Positions 28,471-38,740 of a stretch of DNA of 64,000 nt are shown piece after piece (the stretch's first letter is position 1; every line of letters begins with the position of its first letter). The translations under genes and the position numbers were made by a program. The notes beneath the pieces are model-generated. The model ran no database searches, had not been told where the DNA came from, and saw nothing but the letters and a program-made list of their open reading frames with translations. Source of the DNA: Saprospiraceae bacterium (GTDB taxonomy: Bacteria > Bacteroidota > Bacteroidia > Chitinophagales > Saprospiraceae). The stretch lies in the NCBI GenBank assembly GCA_020630435.1, contig JAHDBJ010000005.1, forward strand, positions 93,440-157,439, read 5' to 3'.

Positions 28471-29370
28471 ATGCACCCAATTGATAAAGTCTTAATTAAC
28501 TTTAATCCTGATCAACTGTTTGTGTTGAATATTTGCCTGGCATTTCTAATGTTTAGCGTTGCCTTAGATATAAGAGCTGAAGATTTTAAAAGAGTGTTTC
28601 AGCAACCAAAAGCAGTTGCAATAGGTTTGACTTCACAGTTGCTTTTTTTACCCCTTATCACCCTAGGACTTGTTTTTTTATTTGATTTACCTCCAAGTAT
28701 ACATCTAGGAATGTTGTTGGTTGCTGCCTGTCCAGGTGGTAATGTTTCTAACTTTGCTGTTTACTTAGCCAAAGGCAATGCTGCCCTTTCTGTTACAATG
28801 ACTTCCATTGTTACTTTAGCGGCTATTGTATTAACCCCTTTATTGTTTACATTTTGGAGTAGTTTTGTACCCAATTCTGAAGCCCTTCGTCAAACAATAT
28901 ATGTCGAACCTTGGGCAATGGTTAAGATTATCACTTTACTGATTGCTTTTCCTTTAGCCTTAGGGATGCTATGTAATTATTATTTGCCAAAACTGACAAG
29001 TAAGATTCTAAAGCCTAGTAAGATTTTATCGATGCTCATGTTTTTGGCATTTGTCGTTTTTGCTTTTATTGGAAATTATGAACATTTTATAAATTATGTT
29101 GATAATGTTTTCTGGGTCGTTCTTGTACATAATGGCTTGGCATTAACAAGTGGTTATTTTTTTGCTAAAGTAATGGGGCTGGCTGAAAAAGACAGACGAG
29201 CGATCTCTATTGAAACAGGCATTCAAAATTCAGGTTTAGGCCTAATCTTAATCTTTAATTTTTTTAATGGTCTAGGAGGAATGGCAATTATAACGGCCTG
29301 GTGGGGCATTTGGCATTTAGTAGCAGGCTTTGGGATGGCGATGTTTTGGGGGCAAAAAGATAGATTTTAA
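28471..29370 (+). CDS. Bile acid:sodium symporter (BASS) family transporter
   Basis: ~9 TM helices. The ACPGGNVSN motif is typical of the BASS/Acr3 fold. Confidence 0.6.
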   Translation: MHPIDKVLINFNPDQLFVLNICLAFLMFSVALDIRAEDFKRVFQQPKAVAIGLTSQLLFLPLITLGLVFLFDLPPSIHLGMLLVAACPGGNVSNFAVYLAKGNAALSVTMTSIVTLAAIVLTPLLFTFWSSFVPNSEALRQTIYVEPWAMVKIITLLIAFPLALGMLCNYYLPKLTSKILKPSKILSMLMFLAFVVFAFIGNYEHFINYVDNVFWVVLVHNGLALTSGYFFAKVMGLAEKDRRAISIETGIQNSGLGLILIFNFFNGLGGMAIITAWWGIWHLVAGFGMAMFWGQKDRF

Positions 29371-29446
29371 ATAAGATTTATTATTATCTTTATCTACTAG
29401 ACATTATTCTACTATAAGTAGTTTTACCTAATAAATTAACTTTATA

Positions 29447-29896
29447 ATGATCCGAACATTTTTGCTTATGATAATATGCTGTTTTTTTTCCTTCTTTTCT
29501 TGTAAAACGTATGATTCTCCTGATAATTATCCCGAACGTCAAATCGTCTTTGGTAGTGGTGGTGGTTTTACAGGGAAAGTCCAATCGTATACCTTATTAG
29601 AAAATGGACAACTTTTTCATCACAATGGTATCAGTAATACAACAAAAGAGCTAGAAAAGATAGATAAAACCAAAGCCAAAGACTTATTTAACAAGTTGTC
29701 TAAGGCTGATATTGAAAATACAAAATATGACGATCCTGGCAATATGTACTATTTTGTAAAATCAAAAAAGGGAACGAAAGAACATAGTGTAACTTGGGGA
29801 GGGCAAAAAGGGAAAACGCCTGAAGCCTGTAACCAACTTTACAAAGAGCTGATGTCCATTATTAATGAACGAAAAATGAAGGGAAAAACACAGTAA
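29447..29896 (+). CDS. Hypothetical lipoprotein
   Basis: Signal peptide with Cys (FFSFFSC). Confidence 0.4.
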   Translation: MIRTFLLMIICCFFSFFSCKTYDSPDNYPERQIVFGSGGGFTGKVQSYTLLENGQLFHHNGISNTTKELEKIDKTKAKDLFNKLSKADIENTKYDDPGNMYYFVKSKKGTKEHSVTWGGQKGKTPEACNQLYKELMSIINERKMKGKTQ

Positions 29897-29932
29897 AATA
29901 TGGGGCTGCCTTTGCACAATTGGCAGCCTATT

Positions 29933-31051
29933 TTATACTCCTAAATGATGGACTAAAAAGCCATTACGCATACGAGGTTCGAACCACGTCGATTTTGGAG
30001 GTAGTACACCATTAGAATCTGCAATTCTCATAAGTTCTGAAATATCCACAGGATATAAACTAAAAGCGACACAATTATGGTGTTTTCCTGCTTCATCTCT
30101 TAGCTTTTTTAAGCCCTTTGGCCCTTCAATATATTGAACACGCTCATCGTCTCGAACATCTTCTATTTTCAAAATATCTTGTAATATTTCTTTATTTAAA
30201 ATACTAACATCCAGCGATTCTGCTAATGTTGTGTATTTTTCTAAAATAGATTTTTTCCAGCTCAAGCTATACCATTCTCGATTAAGGTACATTGTCAATT
30301 CATGTTTTTTCTGAGGTTTCCTCCGTTTTTTCAATATCTGAATATTTGCTTTTGCAGACAATTTGGCCATTAATATGGTTAGTGTAATTTCATCTGGATA
30401 ACGAACGATTCGATTAAAGTCATGAACATCTAACTGGCTCGTAGGGAAATAAGCACTAAGTAGATAATCTTGATGTTCATTATATGCTTCGACATTACCA
30501 CTTTTTTGGCTTTCATACAACCTAGAACAAGTCGCTAGGCGATGGTGACCATCAGCGATATATGCTTTTTTCACTTCTTCTTTAAATAGATCTTGAATCT
30601 TCTGTATCGTTTTTCTATCTGTAATTGCCCAAAAGTCATGGGCTTCTTCTTGAAAGTGAATGGTAAACGTAATTTCTCTTTCTCGTCTTAATTTTTTAAA
30701 ATATTTTTGAATTTTTGATACCGCAGGATACGTCAATAATACAGGTTTGATTAGTGCTTGTCTTTGTAATATCAATTGCATCATCTTTTGTTCCTTATCG
30801 GCTAAGGTATGCTCATGTTTTAGAATCTTATTTGAGTAATAATCTTCTAGTTTAGTGCAACAAACCATCCCTAAATGTGCTGAATTTGAGTTTTTATAAC
30901 GATATAAAAAAATAGCATCATTTGGTACTTGAGAAAAGAAACCATTTGTATAAAATTCGGAAAATTGATTTTTTACTTCTCCAAAGAAAATATCTGGAGA
31001 GGTAATTAGATCGAGGTTGGGTTGTATTGCATGAAAAGGATGAATTGTCAT
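29933..31051 (-). CDS. DUF1015 family protein
   Basis: MTIHPFHAIQPNLDLITSPDIFF... N-terminus and a length typical of DUF1015. Confidence 0.55.
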   Translation of the reverse strand: MTIHPFHAIQPNLDLITSPDIFFGEVKNQFSEFYTNGFFSQVPNDAIFLYRYKNSNSAHLGMVCCTKLEDYYSNKILKHEHTLADKEQKMMQLILQRQALIKPVLLTYPAVSKIQKYFKKLRREREITFTIHFQEEAHDFWAITDRKTIQKIQDLFKEEVKKAYIADGHHRLATCSRLYESQKSGNVEAYNEHQDYLLSAYFPTSQLDVHDFNRIVRYPDEITLTILMAKLSAKANIQILKKRRKPQKKHELTMYLNREWYSLSWKKSILEKYTTLAESLDVSILNKEILQDILKIEDVRDDERVQYIEGPKGLKKLRDEAGKHHNCVAFSLYPVDISELMRIADSNGVLPPKSTWFEPRMRNGFLVHHLGV

Positions 31052-31228
31052 GGAAAAGCATATATTTTTAAAACGACCAATTTATAAATAAAACCATTAG
31101 CTTTTATTTTGCTAATCTCTAAAAAATCCGACTCAAAATTACATTTCAATTATAAATTGTCAAAATGATAGGAAAGGTAAGATTCAAAAATTTTCTCTTA
31201 TTGGATTATACGACGTTCCATAAAACAA

Positions 31229-31262
31229 AACCTTCTGTATTTTATGCTTAATACAGAAGGTT
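31229..31262 (-). terminator. Rho-independent terminator of the flotillin operon: 13-bp stem AACCTTCTGTATT/AATACAGAAGGTT
   Basis: Perfect inverted repeat followed on the minus strand by TTTTGTTTTA. Confidence 0.65.
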
Positions 31263-31285
31263 TCAATAACTCTAACTAAAATATC

Positions 31286-32716
31286 TTATTTGTTCTTTTC
31301 CGTACTATTACTATTCTCCTCTATAATAATAGCTTCTTTTTCCTCAACGCTCTTTTTTCCTAAATACTCTGGTAAATCCATACCAGCCATATTAAACAAA
31401 TCGGTCATTGGTGGAACTGATTTATACAAGCCTGAAACAAATTTAGAAGTAGAATTGCCTTCTCCTTCGTTTTGACCGCCTTCCCATACAGTAACTTTGT
31501 CAATTTTGATATTTTTAATGGCTTCGACTTGTGTTTTTACCAAATCTTCAAGTTTATCCGCAATTAACATCAATACAGCATCTTTTGTATTGCCATTCGT
31601 AGATTGTACGATTTTATCAAAACCTTGAGCTTGTTTTTCTAATACTTCGAATAATCCTTTTGCTTCAGCTTGTTTTTTCAGGAATATCGCATCTGCTTCC
31701 CCTTTTGCCAGACGACGAATTTGTTCGGCTTCGGCTTCGGCATCAATTTCTGCTTTTCGCTTTTCTATCTCTGCCTTTACGATAATATCCGCTTCTTTGG
31801 TTGCCATTTCTTTGGCTGCTCTGGCTTGCTCTGCTTCTTTTTCCGCAACATAGGCATCTTCTAAGGCTTTGGCCGATTGGATTTTTTCGGCGGCCGTTGC
31901 ACGCCTCAAAGCTTCGGCTTCGGCTTCTCTACGGATAGCATTCGATTCCGCTATTTTTATTTGTGCAATATTGGCTCCTTCTACCGAATGTGCATTAGCA
32001 TTTGCCTCCCCTACTTCTGCTGCTGCATCGGCTTCCGATACTTTTATTCGCTCATCTTTTTTGGCATTAGCAGAACCAATTGATCCTTCTCTATTTTTTT
32101 CAGCTACAACCACTTTTGCTTCATTAATCGCTTTTGCCGCAGCTTCTTTTCCTAATGCCTCAATATATCCAGAATCATCTTGAATATCTGTTACGTTAAC
32201 GTTGATCAATGATAAACCAATTTTTTTCAACTCTACATCTACGTTTGTTCTAATACTCAACAAGAACTTATCTCTATCCGCATTAATCTCCTCAATATCC
32301 ATCGTCGCAACAACAAGTCTCAACTGACCAAAAAGAATATCTTTAGAAATATCTCGGATTTCTTCCAAGGATTTTCCAAGTAAACGCTCTGCTGCATTGT
32401 TCATTACACCATCTTCTGTAGATACCCCAACTGTAAATCTAGATGGTACATTTACTCGTATATTTTGCTTACTTAAAGCGTGTTTTAAATCTACATCAAT
32501 CGATATCGGTGTTAAATCCAAATATTCATAATCTTGAATAACAGGCCAGACAAAAGCTGCTCCACCATGAATACATTTAGCTGATCCTTGTCCTGTCTTA
32601 CCATATATAACTAGCACTTTATCCGAGGGGCATCTTTTATATCGAGTTACTCCCCATAAGACCATTAGTATAAACAGACCAATTAATCCGATCATTAAGA
32701 TTCCTAATTCTGCCAT
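31286..32716 (-). CDS. floT: Flotillin-like SPFH/band-7 protein
   Basis: N-terminal TM, SPFH domain, and a long Ala/Glu-rich coiled coil (EAEAEALRRATAAEKIQSAKALEDAYVAEKEAEQARAAKE). Confidence 0.8.
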   Translation of the reverse strand: MAELGILMIGLIGLFILMVLWGVTRYKRCPSDKVLVIYGKTGQGSAKCIHGGAAFVWPVIQDYEYLDLTPISIDVDLKHALSKQNIRVNVPSRFTVGVSTEDGVMNNAAERLLGKSLEEIRDISKDILFGQLRLVVATMDIEEINADRDKFLLSIRTNVDVELKKIGLSLINVNVTDIQDDSGYIEALGKEAAAKAINEAKVVVAEKNREGSIGSANAKKDERIKVSEADAAAEVGEANANAHSVEGANIAQIKIAESNAIRREAEAEALRRATAAEKIQSAKALEDAYVAEKEAEQARAAKEMATKEADIIVKAEIEKRKAEIDAEAEAEQIRRLAKGEADAIFLKKQAEAKGLFEVLEKQAQGFDKIVQSTNGNTKDAVLMLIADKLEDLVKTQVEAIKNIKIDKVTVWEGGQNEGEGNSTSKFVSGLYKSVPPMTDLFNMAGMDLPEYLGKKSVEEKEAIIIEENSNSTEKNK

Positions 32717-32763
32717 TTTTGTTGGTTTTTTTAAGTATTAGAATATGTATTGTTTTAAAAAAA

Positions 32764-33540
32764 TTACTTTTCTCCTTCTGCACGTTCAATCAACTCTCCA
32801 TCTTTCCATGTCCCTTTAATGTATTTATCCCTTTTAGCAAAATAATACGTGCCTTTTCCATTAGGGTTCCAATTTTTAAATTCCCCTTCATAATAATCCC
32901 CATCCGAATACTCCATTTTTCCTTTCCCTTCAATTATCCCATTTTTCCATTCTCCTGTATATTTTTCTCCACTAGGAAAAAGTTTTGTTCCTTTACCATG
33001 TGGCACACCATCCTTCAGATCTCCATCATAAGCATCATCTTTAGGCTTAGCCGATTTAGCCACTACATCACCATCTTTTGTAGTAGTAATAGTGGTAGTG
33101 GTCGTCGTGGTTTTTCCTTGTTGAAGCACTTTTGAAAGCTGTCCATTTTTCCATTCTCCTTCAGCAATTAAAGCCCCCTCTGTATCATAATACTTACCAT
33201 ATCCATGAAAGTTATTATTAACAAAATCTCCTTCGTATTTATTTCCATTTTTAAAATAAAAAACACCTTTTCCTTCGATTTTATCTTCTTTCCAATCGCC
33301 TATATATTTATCTCCATTTGCACCAAACTCAAACGTTCCTATTCCATGTTTTAAGCCATTTTTCCATTCTCCTTCATAAGAATCTCCATTAATAATATCT
33401 TTAAATATTCCTTCTCCTTCAGCGACTCCTTTTTCAGTTTCCCCAATATATTTCCCATGGTAATATACAAGAGTATCCACCTGAGCAGATAAAGGGTTAA
33501 TTATTAAAAGTATAAATACTATTTTTAGTACGTGTTGCAT
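32764..33540 (-). CDS. Secreted MORN-repeat protein
   Basis: Signal peptide, then >8 MORN-type repeats (YEGEWKNGLKHGIGTFEF, YEGDFVNNNFHGYGKYY, ...) and a poly-Thr linker TTTTTTITTT. Confidence 0.75.
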   Translation of the reverse strand: MQHVLKIVFILLIINPLSAQVDTLVYYHGKYIGETEKGVAEGEGIFKDIINGDSYEGEWKNGLKHGIGTFEFGANGDKYIGDWKEDKIEGKGVFYFKNGNKYEGDFVNNNFHGYGKYYDTEGALIAEGEWKNGQLSKVLQQGKTTTTTTTITTTKDGDVVAKSAKPKDDAYDGDLKDGVPHGKGTKLFPSGEKYTGEWKNGIIEGKGKMEYSDGDYYEGEFKNWNPNGKGTYYFAKRDKYIKGTWKDGELIERAEGEK

Positions 33541-33566
33541 TGCTTATTTTTTGAATTATCTTGAAT

Positions 33567-34169
33567 TTAGAACTCATTATTTAGAGACATAAAATCGCCA
33601 ATCGTCTCCACTTGAAGAATATTATCATCTAGTATTTCAATGACTCTTACCTTCGCTCCAGTAGCTATTGCACCACCTTCTGTAACCGCATCTAATTCTT
33701 TTAATGAACCGTTGATCTTGATATGAATTTTACCAGCTCCTGTCTTTGCAGCAGGAATCGAAAGATATACCTCCCCTGTATTGAAAATGGCTTCACTTAA
33801 ATCTGCGTTGCCTGTTTCTTGAAGTGTTGAAAATAGATACATGATATACCCTACAACAAACATTGCTGCTAAACCAGAGAGTCCCCCCGCAATAAATGCC
33901 ATAATAGTACTGCCTCCTCCTTTTAAGACCAGCACACCTGCCCATCCAAAGAAAGTAAAGAAAGCAATAAAACTTCGTACAGATAATACTGTAAAATCTG
34001 AATCCAACATTCCTGGTTCTGCATCGCCAACCTCAAAATCAACATCGCCTTCAAAGTCAAAGCCTATAAGACTCAATATGAACTGAATGACAAACAGTAC
34101 ACTGAAAACAATTGAGATTCCCCAAAAAAGCTGTTCAACACCTGTCAATCCTGACCACCATTCTCCCAT
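33567..34169 (-). CDS. NfeD-like membrane protein (flotillin-associated)
   Basis: N-terminal TM helices plus a C-terminal OB-fold-like soluble domain. Position immediately upstream of the SPFH gene, as in yuaF-floT. Confidence 0.55.
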   Translation of the reverse strand: MGEWWSGLTGVEQLFWGISIVFSVLFVIQFILSLIGFDFEGDVDFEVGDAEPGMLDSDFTVLSVRSFIAFFTFFGWAGVLVLKGGGSTIMAFIAGGLSGLAAMFVVGYIMYLFSTLQETGNADLSEAIFNTGEVYLSIPAAKTGAGKIHIKINGSLKELDAVTEGGAIATGAKVRVIEILDDNILQVETIGDFMSLNNEF

Positions 34170-34450
34170 TACTATTTAGTTTAAGTACATCAATTAGATA
34201 ATCGTCTTCTAACCTCTACAAATGATTATAATACCTCTTAATTTAAAAATGAGATGGTATAAAATATTAAACAAACCCCACCATCTGTATATATACAAAA
34301 TTATAATAAACTTGATAATAAGTTTCGACAAACATTCATTTTTTTTCGGCTAAAATGTATTTTTTCATGCTATTTTATAAGTTTTTCAAACTAAAAGCAA
34401 AAGTGATTGTGTACCTTTATGTAGATTTTCAAAAAAGACACATAAGTAAA

Positions 34451-35383
34451 ATGACTGAGGTAAAACTTTTTTCAGGAGAGAATTCACTTTATCTAGCAGA
34501 TAAAATTGCAGATTTATACGGACAAGATTTGGGAAAAAAAGTCCTTCATAAATTTAGTGATGGTGAAATGTCTGTCATACTTGAAGAATCGGTCAGAGGT
34601 GCTTATGTTTTCTTTATTCAATCAACTTTTGCGCCATCAGATAATTTGATGGAACTCTTAATATTTATTGATGCTGCAAAGAGAGCATCCGCAGATTATA
34701 TTACTGCGGTAATTCCTTATTTCGGTTATGCTAGACAAGATCGAAAAGATAAACCAAGAGTAGCCATTACTGCCCGACTAGTAGCAAATTTGCTAGAAGC
34801 CGCTGGAGCAAACCGAATTATGACAATGGATTTTCATGCTGACCAGCTTCAAGGTTTTTTCGATATTCCAGTTGATCATTTGAAGAGTGAATACATCTAT
34901 ATAAACTATTTGGATAAATTGGATTTGAGTAATGTAATATTTGCGTCTCCAGATGTAGGAGGCGTTAAACGAGCAAGAATCTATGCAAAACACTATGGTA
35001 GACCACTCGTCATTTGTGATAAATACCGCAAAAAAGCCAACGAAGTAGCAGGAATGACTGTCATTGGAGATGTTAAAGGTGCTGATATCATCCTAGTAGA
35101 TGATTTAGCAGATACTGCGGGTACATTATGCAGAGCAGCGGATGCGCTTATCGAAAAAGGAGCTAAAAGTGTACGTGCCTTATGCACTCATCCCGTCCTT
35201 TCTGGAAATGCTTATGAAAATATAAATAATTCTAAATTGGACAAACTAATCGTTTGTGATACCATTCCCCTTAAACAAGAATCACCTAAAATAGAGGTTC
35301 TTTCCTCTGCTAAACTTTTTGCTCGTGCCATTCGAAATACATATGAACATCGTTCTATTTCAGCTTTATTTGTTAATGGTTAA
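34451..35383 (+). CDS. prs: Ribose-phosphate pyrophosphokinase
   Basis: MTEVKLFSGENSLYLADKIA N-terminus and the PRPP-binding loop DDLADTAGTL. The track ORF begins at 34355, but the internal ATG at 34451 matches the family. Confidence 0.9.
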   Translation: MTEVKLFSGENSLYLADKIADLYGQDLGKKVLHKFSDGEMSVILEESVRGAYVFFIQSTFAPSDNLMELLIFIDAAKRASADYITAVIPYFGYARQDRKDKPRVAITARLVANLLEAAGANRIMTMDFHADQLQGFFDIPVDHLKSEYIYINYLDKLDLSNVIFASPDVGGVKRARIYAKHYGRPLVICDKYRKKANEVAGMTVIGDVKGADIILVDDLADTAGTLCRAADALIEKGAKSVRALCTHPVLSGNAYENINNSKLDKLIVCDTIPLKQESPKIEVLSSAKLFARAIRNTYEHRSISALFVNG

Positions 35384-35424
35384 TTTATAAAGTCTCAAAA
35401 AACTATATACACTAATGAGTTCTT

Positions 35425-36501
35425 TTGTTATCGTTTTTATTTCTCCATTTAAACACAATTACTGTGTATAAATTAATTTTAAAACCGTTTCTTTTTCTAC
35501 TATCTCCAGAAAAAGCACATCATCTAACCGTTTCATTATTACAGTTTACTCTAAAATTGCCTTTTTTAAAATCCTTTTTTAAAAATCGGTATGAAATAAA
35601 ACATCCTAAATTAGAACGAGAAGTCCTAGGCTTGCAATTTAAAAACCCTGTGGGCCTAGCTGCTGGCTTTGATAAAGATGGTAAATATTTTGAGGCTATG
35701 AGTCATTTAGGGTTTGGTTTTATTGAAATTGGAACAGTAACCCCTTTAGCGCAAGATGGTAATGCAAAACCTCGATTATTTAGATTACCTCAGGATAATG
35801 CCCTTATCAATCGTATGGGATTTAATAATGAGGGTATAGAAAATTTTGTCTCTCGGCTAAAAAAAAGCACGCCTCAAGTGATTATTGGAGGAAATATTGG
35901 TAAAAATAAAGTCACATCTAATGAAAATGCAGCAGCCGATTATACCATATGTTTTGAAGCCCTTTTTCCTTATGTGGATTATTTTGTTGTAAATGTCAGT
36001 TCTCCCAATACTCCTAATCTAAGAGCTTTACAAGAAAAAAGACCGTTAACAAAATTACTTCAAACCATTCAGTCACTAAACCAAGCAAAAAAAAATCCGA
36101 AACCTGTATTGTTAAAAATCGCTCCAGATCTTAATTTTGAACAATTAGATGACATTTTGGAAATCATAGATAGTGTAAAGTTAGCAGGTATAATTGCCAC
36201 GAATACAACCATTTCAAGAAAAAACCTTAACACAAATCACACAAATCTTGACAAAATTGGAAATGGAGGCTTGAGTGGTCAACCTTTAAGGCAGCGTTCT
36301 ACCGAAATCATACGTTATATAAACGAGAAAACAAATGGTACCCTAACGATTATTGGCGTTGGAGGTATCAACACACCTAAGGACGCTTTAGATAAAATTA
36401 ATGCGGGTGCGAGCCTTGTACAAATCTATACTGGTTTAATTTATGAAGGGCCTTCTTTAATACGAAGAATTAATGAGGCCATCATTAAAAAAATAATATA
36501 A
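35425..36501 (+). CDS. pyrD: Dihydroorotate dehydrogenase (quinone), class 2
   Basis: PEKAHHLT N-terminal motif, GFNNEG, GGL/SG loops. The true start is probably a few codons downstream (GTG near 35462). Confidence 0.85.
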   Translation: MLSFLFLHLNTITVYKLILKPFLFLLSPEKAHHLTVSLLQFTLKLPFLKSFFKNRYEIKHPKLEREVLGLQFKNPVGLAAGFDKDGKYFEAMSHLGFGFIEIGTVTPLAQDGNAKPRLFRLPQDNALINRMGFNNEGIENFVSRLKKSTPQVIIGGNIGKNKVTSNENAAADYTICFEALFPYVDYFVVNVSSPNTPNLRALQEKRPLTKLLQTIQSLNQAKKNPKPVLLKIAPDLNFEQLDDILEIIDSVKLAGIIATNTTISRKNLNTNHTNLDKIGNGGLSGQPLRQRSTEIIRYINEKTNGTLTIIGVGGINTPKDALDKINAGASLVQIYTGLIYEGPSLIRRINEAIIKKII

Positions 36502-36633
36502 GACACTTTGCCCTGTCACTTTTAAATTAAACTTTCTCACTTCTTCCCCCTACTTTGGCATTCTTTTTGGGCTAGCCAACAGTAAATAATTTAATGGACA
36601 AGTAGCACTCAATTTTTTTATCTGCATTTTATT

Positions 36634-36849
36634 TTGAGGGCTGCACTATTTGAAACAAATAAATTACCATCCCTTACCATAACCATTAAATTATTAACCA
36701 TGGGAATAACTATACTTTATTTATTAATTGGATTTAATTTACTAAATGTGATAACACAAGAAGACACTGCTTTTTATAAAGATATCAGGTTTTGGCTTGT
36801 ACTTATATCTCTAGGTATTTTAGTTGTTTTGACAGTTAACAGTATCTAG
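36634..36849 (+). CDS. Small 2-TM membrane protein, hypothetical
   Basis: 71 aa, hydrophobic. Confidence 0.3.
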   Translation: MRAALFETNKLPSLTITIKLLTMGITILYLLIGFNLLNVITQEDTAFYKDIRFWLVLISLGILVVLTVNSI

Positions 36850-36928
36850 TAAAGTTATTTGGATAGTGCCCCTGAGACAAGAAAACAAATTTCAACTCAT
36901 TATTGATTTTTTCCGTTAAAAAAATCGC

Positions 36929-36936
36929 TACTTTTG
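36929..36936 (+). promoter_or_regulatory. Putative -7 box TACTTTTG upstream of the ABC permease gene
   Basis: TAnnTTTG match with TTG ~23 nt upstream. Confidence 0.25.
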
Positions 36937-37014
36937 CAGTCAATTAAGACTATTGGTACAACTATTATAGTTTTACAGATAGCACTCCATTGACTTTTAT
37001 AGTAACATTTTTTA

Positions 37015-38313
37015 ATGAAACTAGCATTTTTTATTGCAAAAAGAGTAGCTTTATCTGACAATCAATCCTTTTCAAAATTAATCATTAGGATTGCAATTAT
37101 TGCTATTGCATTAAGTCTTAGTGTAATGATAATTGCTACAGCATTAATTGCTGGGTTCAAAAATGAAATTTCTACTAAACTCTTTGGTCTTCAAGGACAT
37201 ATCCATATTATGGATTTTGATAGTAATGAATCGGTAGAGACTGTTCCTATCAATAGAAATCAAGAGTTCTATACCTATCTTGATTCTCTCAACCAATTCT
37301 TATACCTTGATCAACGTCGTATTTTTGGTTATACTTTGGGAAACACTTTAGTTGAAAGGCGTACTAAAGGAGGGATTAGACATATACAAGTTTTTGCGGA
37401 AAAGCCTAGTATTTTCAAAACATCCGATGAAATAGAAGGTGTTATTTTAAAGGGTGTTTCTTATGATTACGATTGGAGTTTCCTACAAAGTCATTTAATT
37501 GAAGGTCGTATTATTAATATGCCTGACTCCACGATGTCTTCAGAGATCATTATTTCTAAAGAAACATCTAAAAGACTAAAACTTAACGTCGGAGATAAAT
37601 TCTTAGTCTATTTTGTAAGGGATAATGGATCAACAAGAAGACGGTTTGAAGTCGTTGGCATTTATAATACTGGTTTAGCCGAAAAAGATGAGCGTTATGC
37701 TATTATTGATATACGTCAAATTCAAAAACTCAACGGATGGTCACAAGAAGAGGTTTCAGGCTTTGAAGTATTTATTGATAACCTTTCAGATTTAGATGCT
37801 ATAGGAGATAAAGTCTATGATCTTATCCCTATGAATCTCTATTCTCAAACCATTAGAAATAAAGATGCAGGTATTTTTGATTGGCTGGAACTTCAAAACG
37901 TTAATGAGTGGGTTATACTTGTCCTAATGATCATTGTATGTATTATCAATATGGCAACGGGTCTATTAATTTTAATCTTGGAGCGCACGAATATGATTGG
38001 AATACTAAAATCTCTAGGGGAAGGCAATTGGAATATTCAAAAAATATTTTTATCCTATGGTGCTTATATTGCAGCAATAGGGTTGTTCTGGGGAAATATC
38101 ATTGGTATCAGTCTTTGCCTTATACAAAAATATTTTGAAATCATTACACTTCCTGAAGCAGATTATTATGTATCTGTAGCTCCTATTGACCTTAGCTTTT
38201 GGACTATCCTAGCACTTAATATTGGTACATTACTCATTACCGTATTGATCCTAATTATTCCCTCTTTCCTTGTCCGCCGTATTACGCCTGTTCAAGCAAT
38301 TCGGTTTAAATAA
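37015..38313 (+). CDS. ABC transporter permease, FtsX/LolC/LolE-like
   Basis: N-terminal TM, large periplasmic loop, three C-terminal TM helices. MacB/FtsX-type topology. Confidence 0.65.
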   Translation: MKLAFFIAKRVALSDNQSFSKLIIRIAIIAIALSLSVMIIATALIAGFKNEISTKLFGLQGHIHIMDFDSNESVETVPINRNQEFYTYLDSLNQFLYLDQRRIFGYTLGNTLVERRTKGGIRHIQVFAEKPSIFKTSDEIEGVILKGVSYDYDWSFLQSHLIEGRIINMPDSTMSSEIIISKETSKRLKLNVGDKFLVYFVRDNGSTRRRFEVVGIYNTGLAEKDERYAIIDIRQIQKLNGWSQEEVSGFEVFIDNLSDLDAIGDKVYDLIPMNLYSQTIRNKDAGIFDWLELQNVNEWVILVLMIIVCIINMATGLLILILERTNMIGILKSLGEGNWNIQKIFLSYGAYIAAIGLFWGNIIGISLCLIQKYFEIITLPEADYYVSVAPIDLSFWTILALNIGTLLITVLILIIPSFLVRRITPVQAIRFK

Positions 38314-38623
38314 ATAATCGTTTCTCTCTTAAAAAAGAAAAGACTGCCTATTAAAGACAGCCTCTCAAAGTGTATATAAGGGTATAATAAATTGTAAATC
38401 TTTTACAACAAACTCCATAAACACACAGGATTCATATAAAAATGAATCTGTATAGTTCTTTGGGATTAATTATAATAATCAATAATACTTTTACACCGTT
38501 ATTGTAAAAACAAAGATAAAATATAAGCTACCATATTTTTCGGACATTTACCCTAACAAATACGACATTTTTAATATAAAAGTATTCAAATATACATTTC
38601 ATTCACTTGAAAGTCCTACAATA

Positions 38624-38660
38624 AAACGCTTGGTTCGAATTTTCAAACCAAGCGTTTTTC
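38624..38660. terminator. Bidirectional terminator: 12-bp stem AAACGCTTGGTT/AACCAAGCGTTT with T-runs on both strands
   Basis: Perfect inverted repeat between the convergent permease and pckA genes. Confidence 0.65.
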
Positions 38661-38740
38661 GATAGTGTACATTAACTTAAAAACCACTATTTTTTTAAAT
38701 ATTATTTTGTTTTTTTGTGTTTTGTAGACAACTATCTGAT

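Noticed and set aside
31869-32183. Ala-rich plus-strand ORFs antisense to the flotillin gene
   Set aside because: Antisense reading of the GC-richer Ala/Glu coiled-coil region. They have no start context and no independent support.
38314-38400. Possible hairpin AGACTGCCTATTAAAGACAGCCTCT after the ABC permease
   Set aside because: The arms are not actually complementary on inspection. The real terminator is the perfect stem at 38624..38660.
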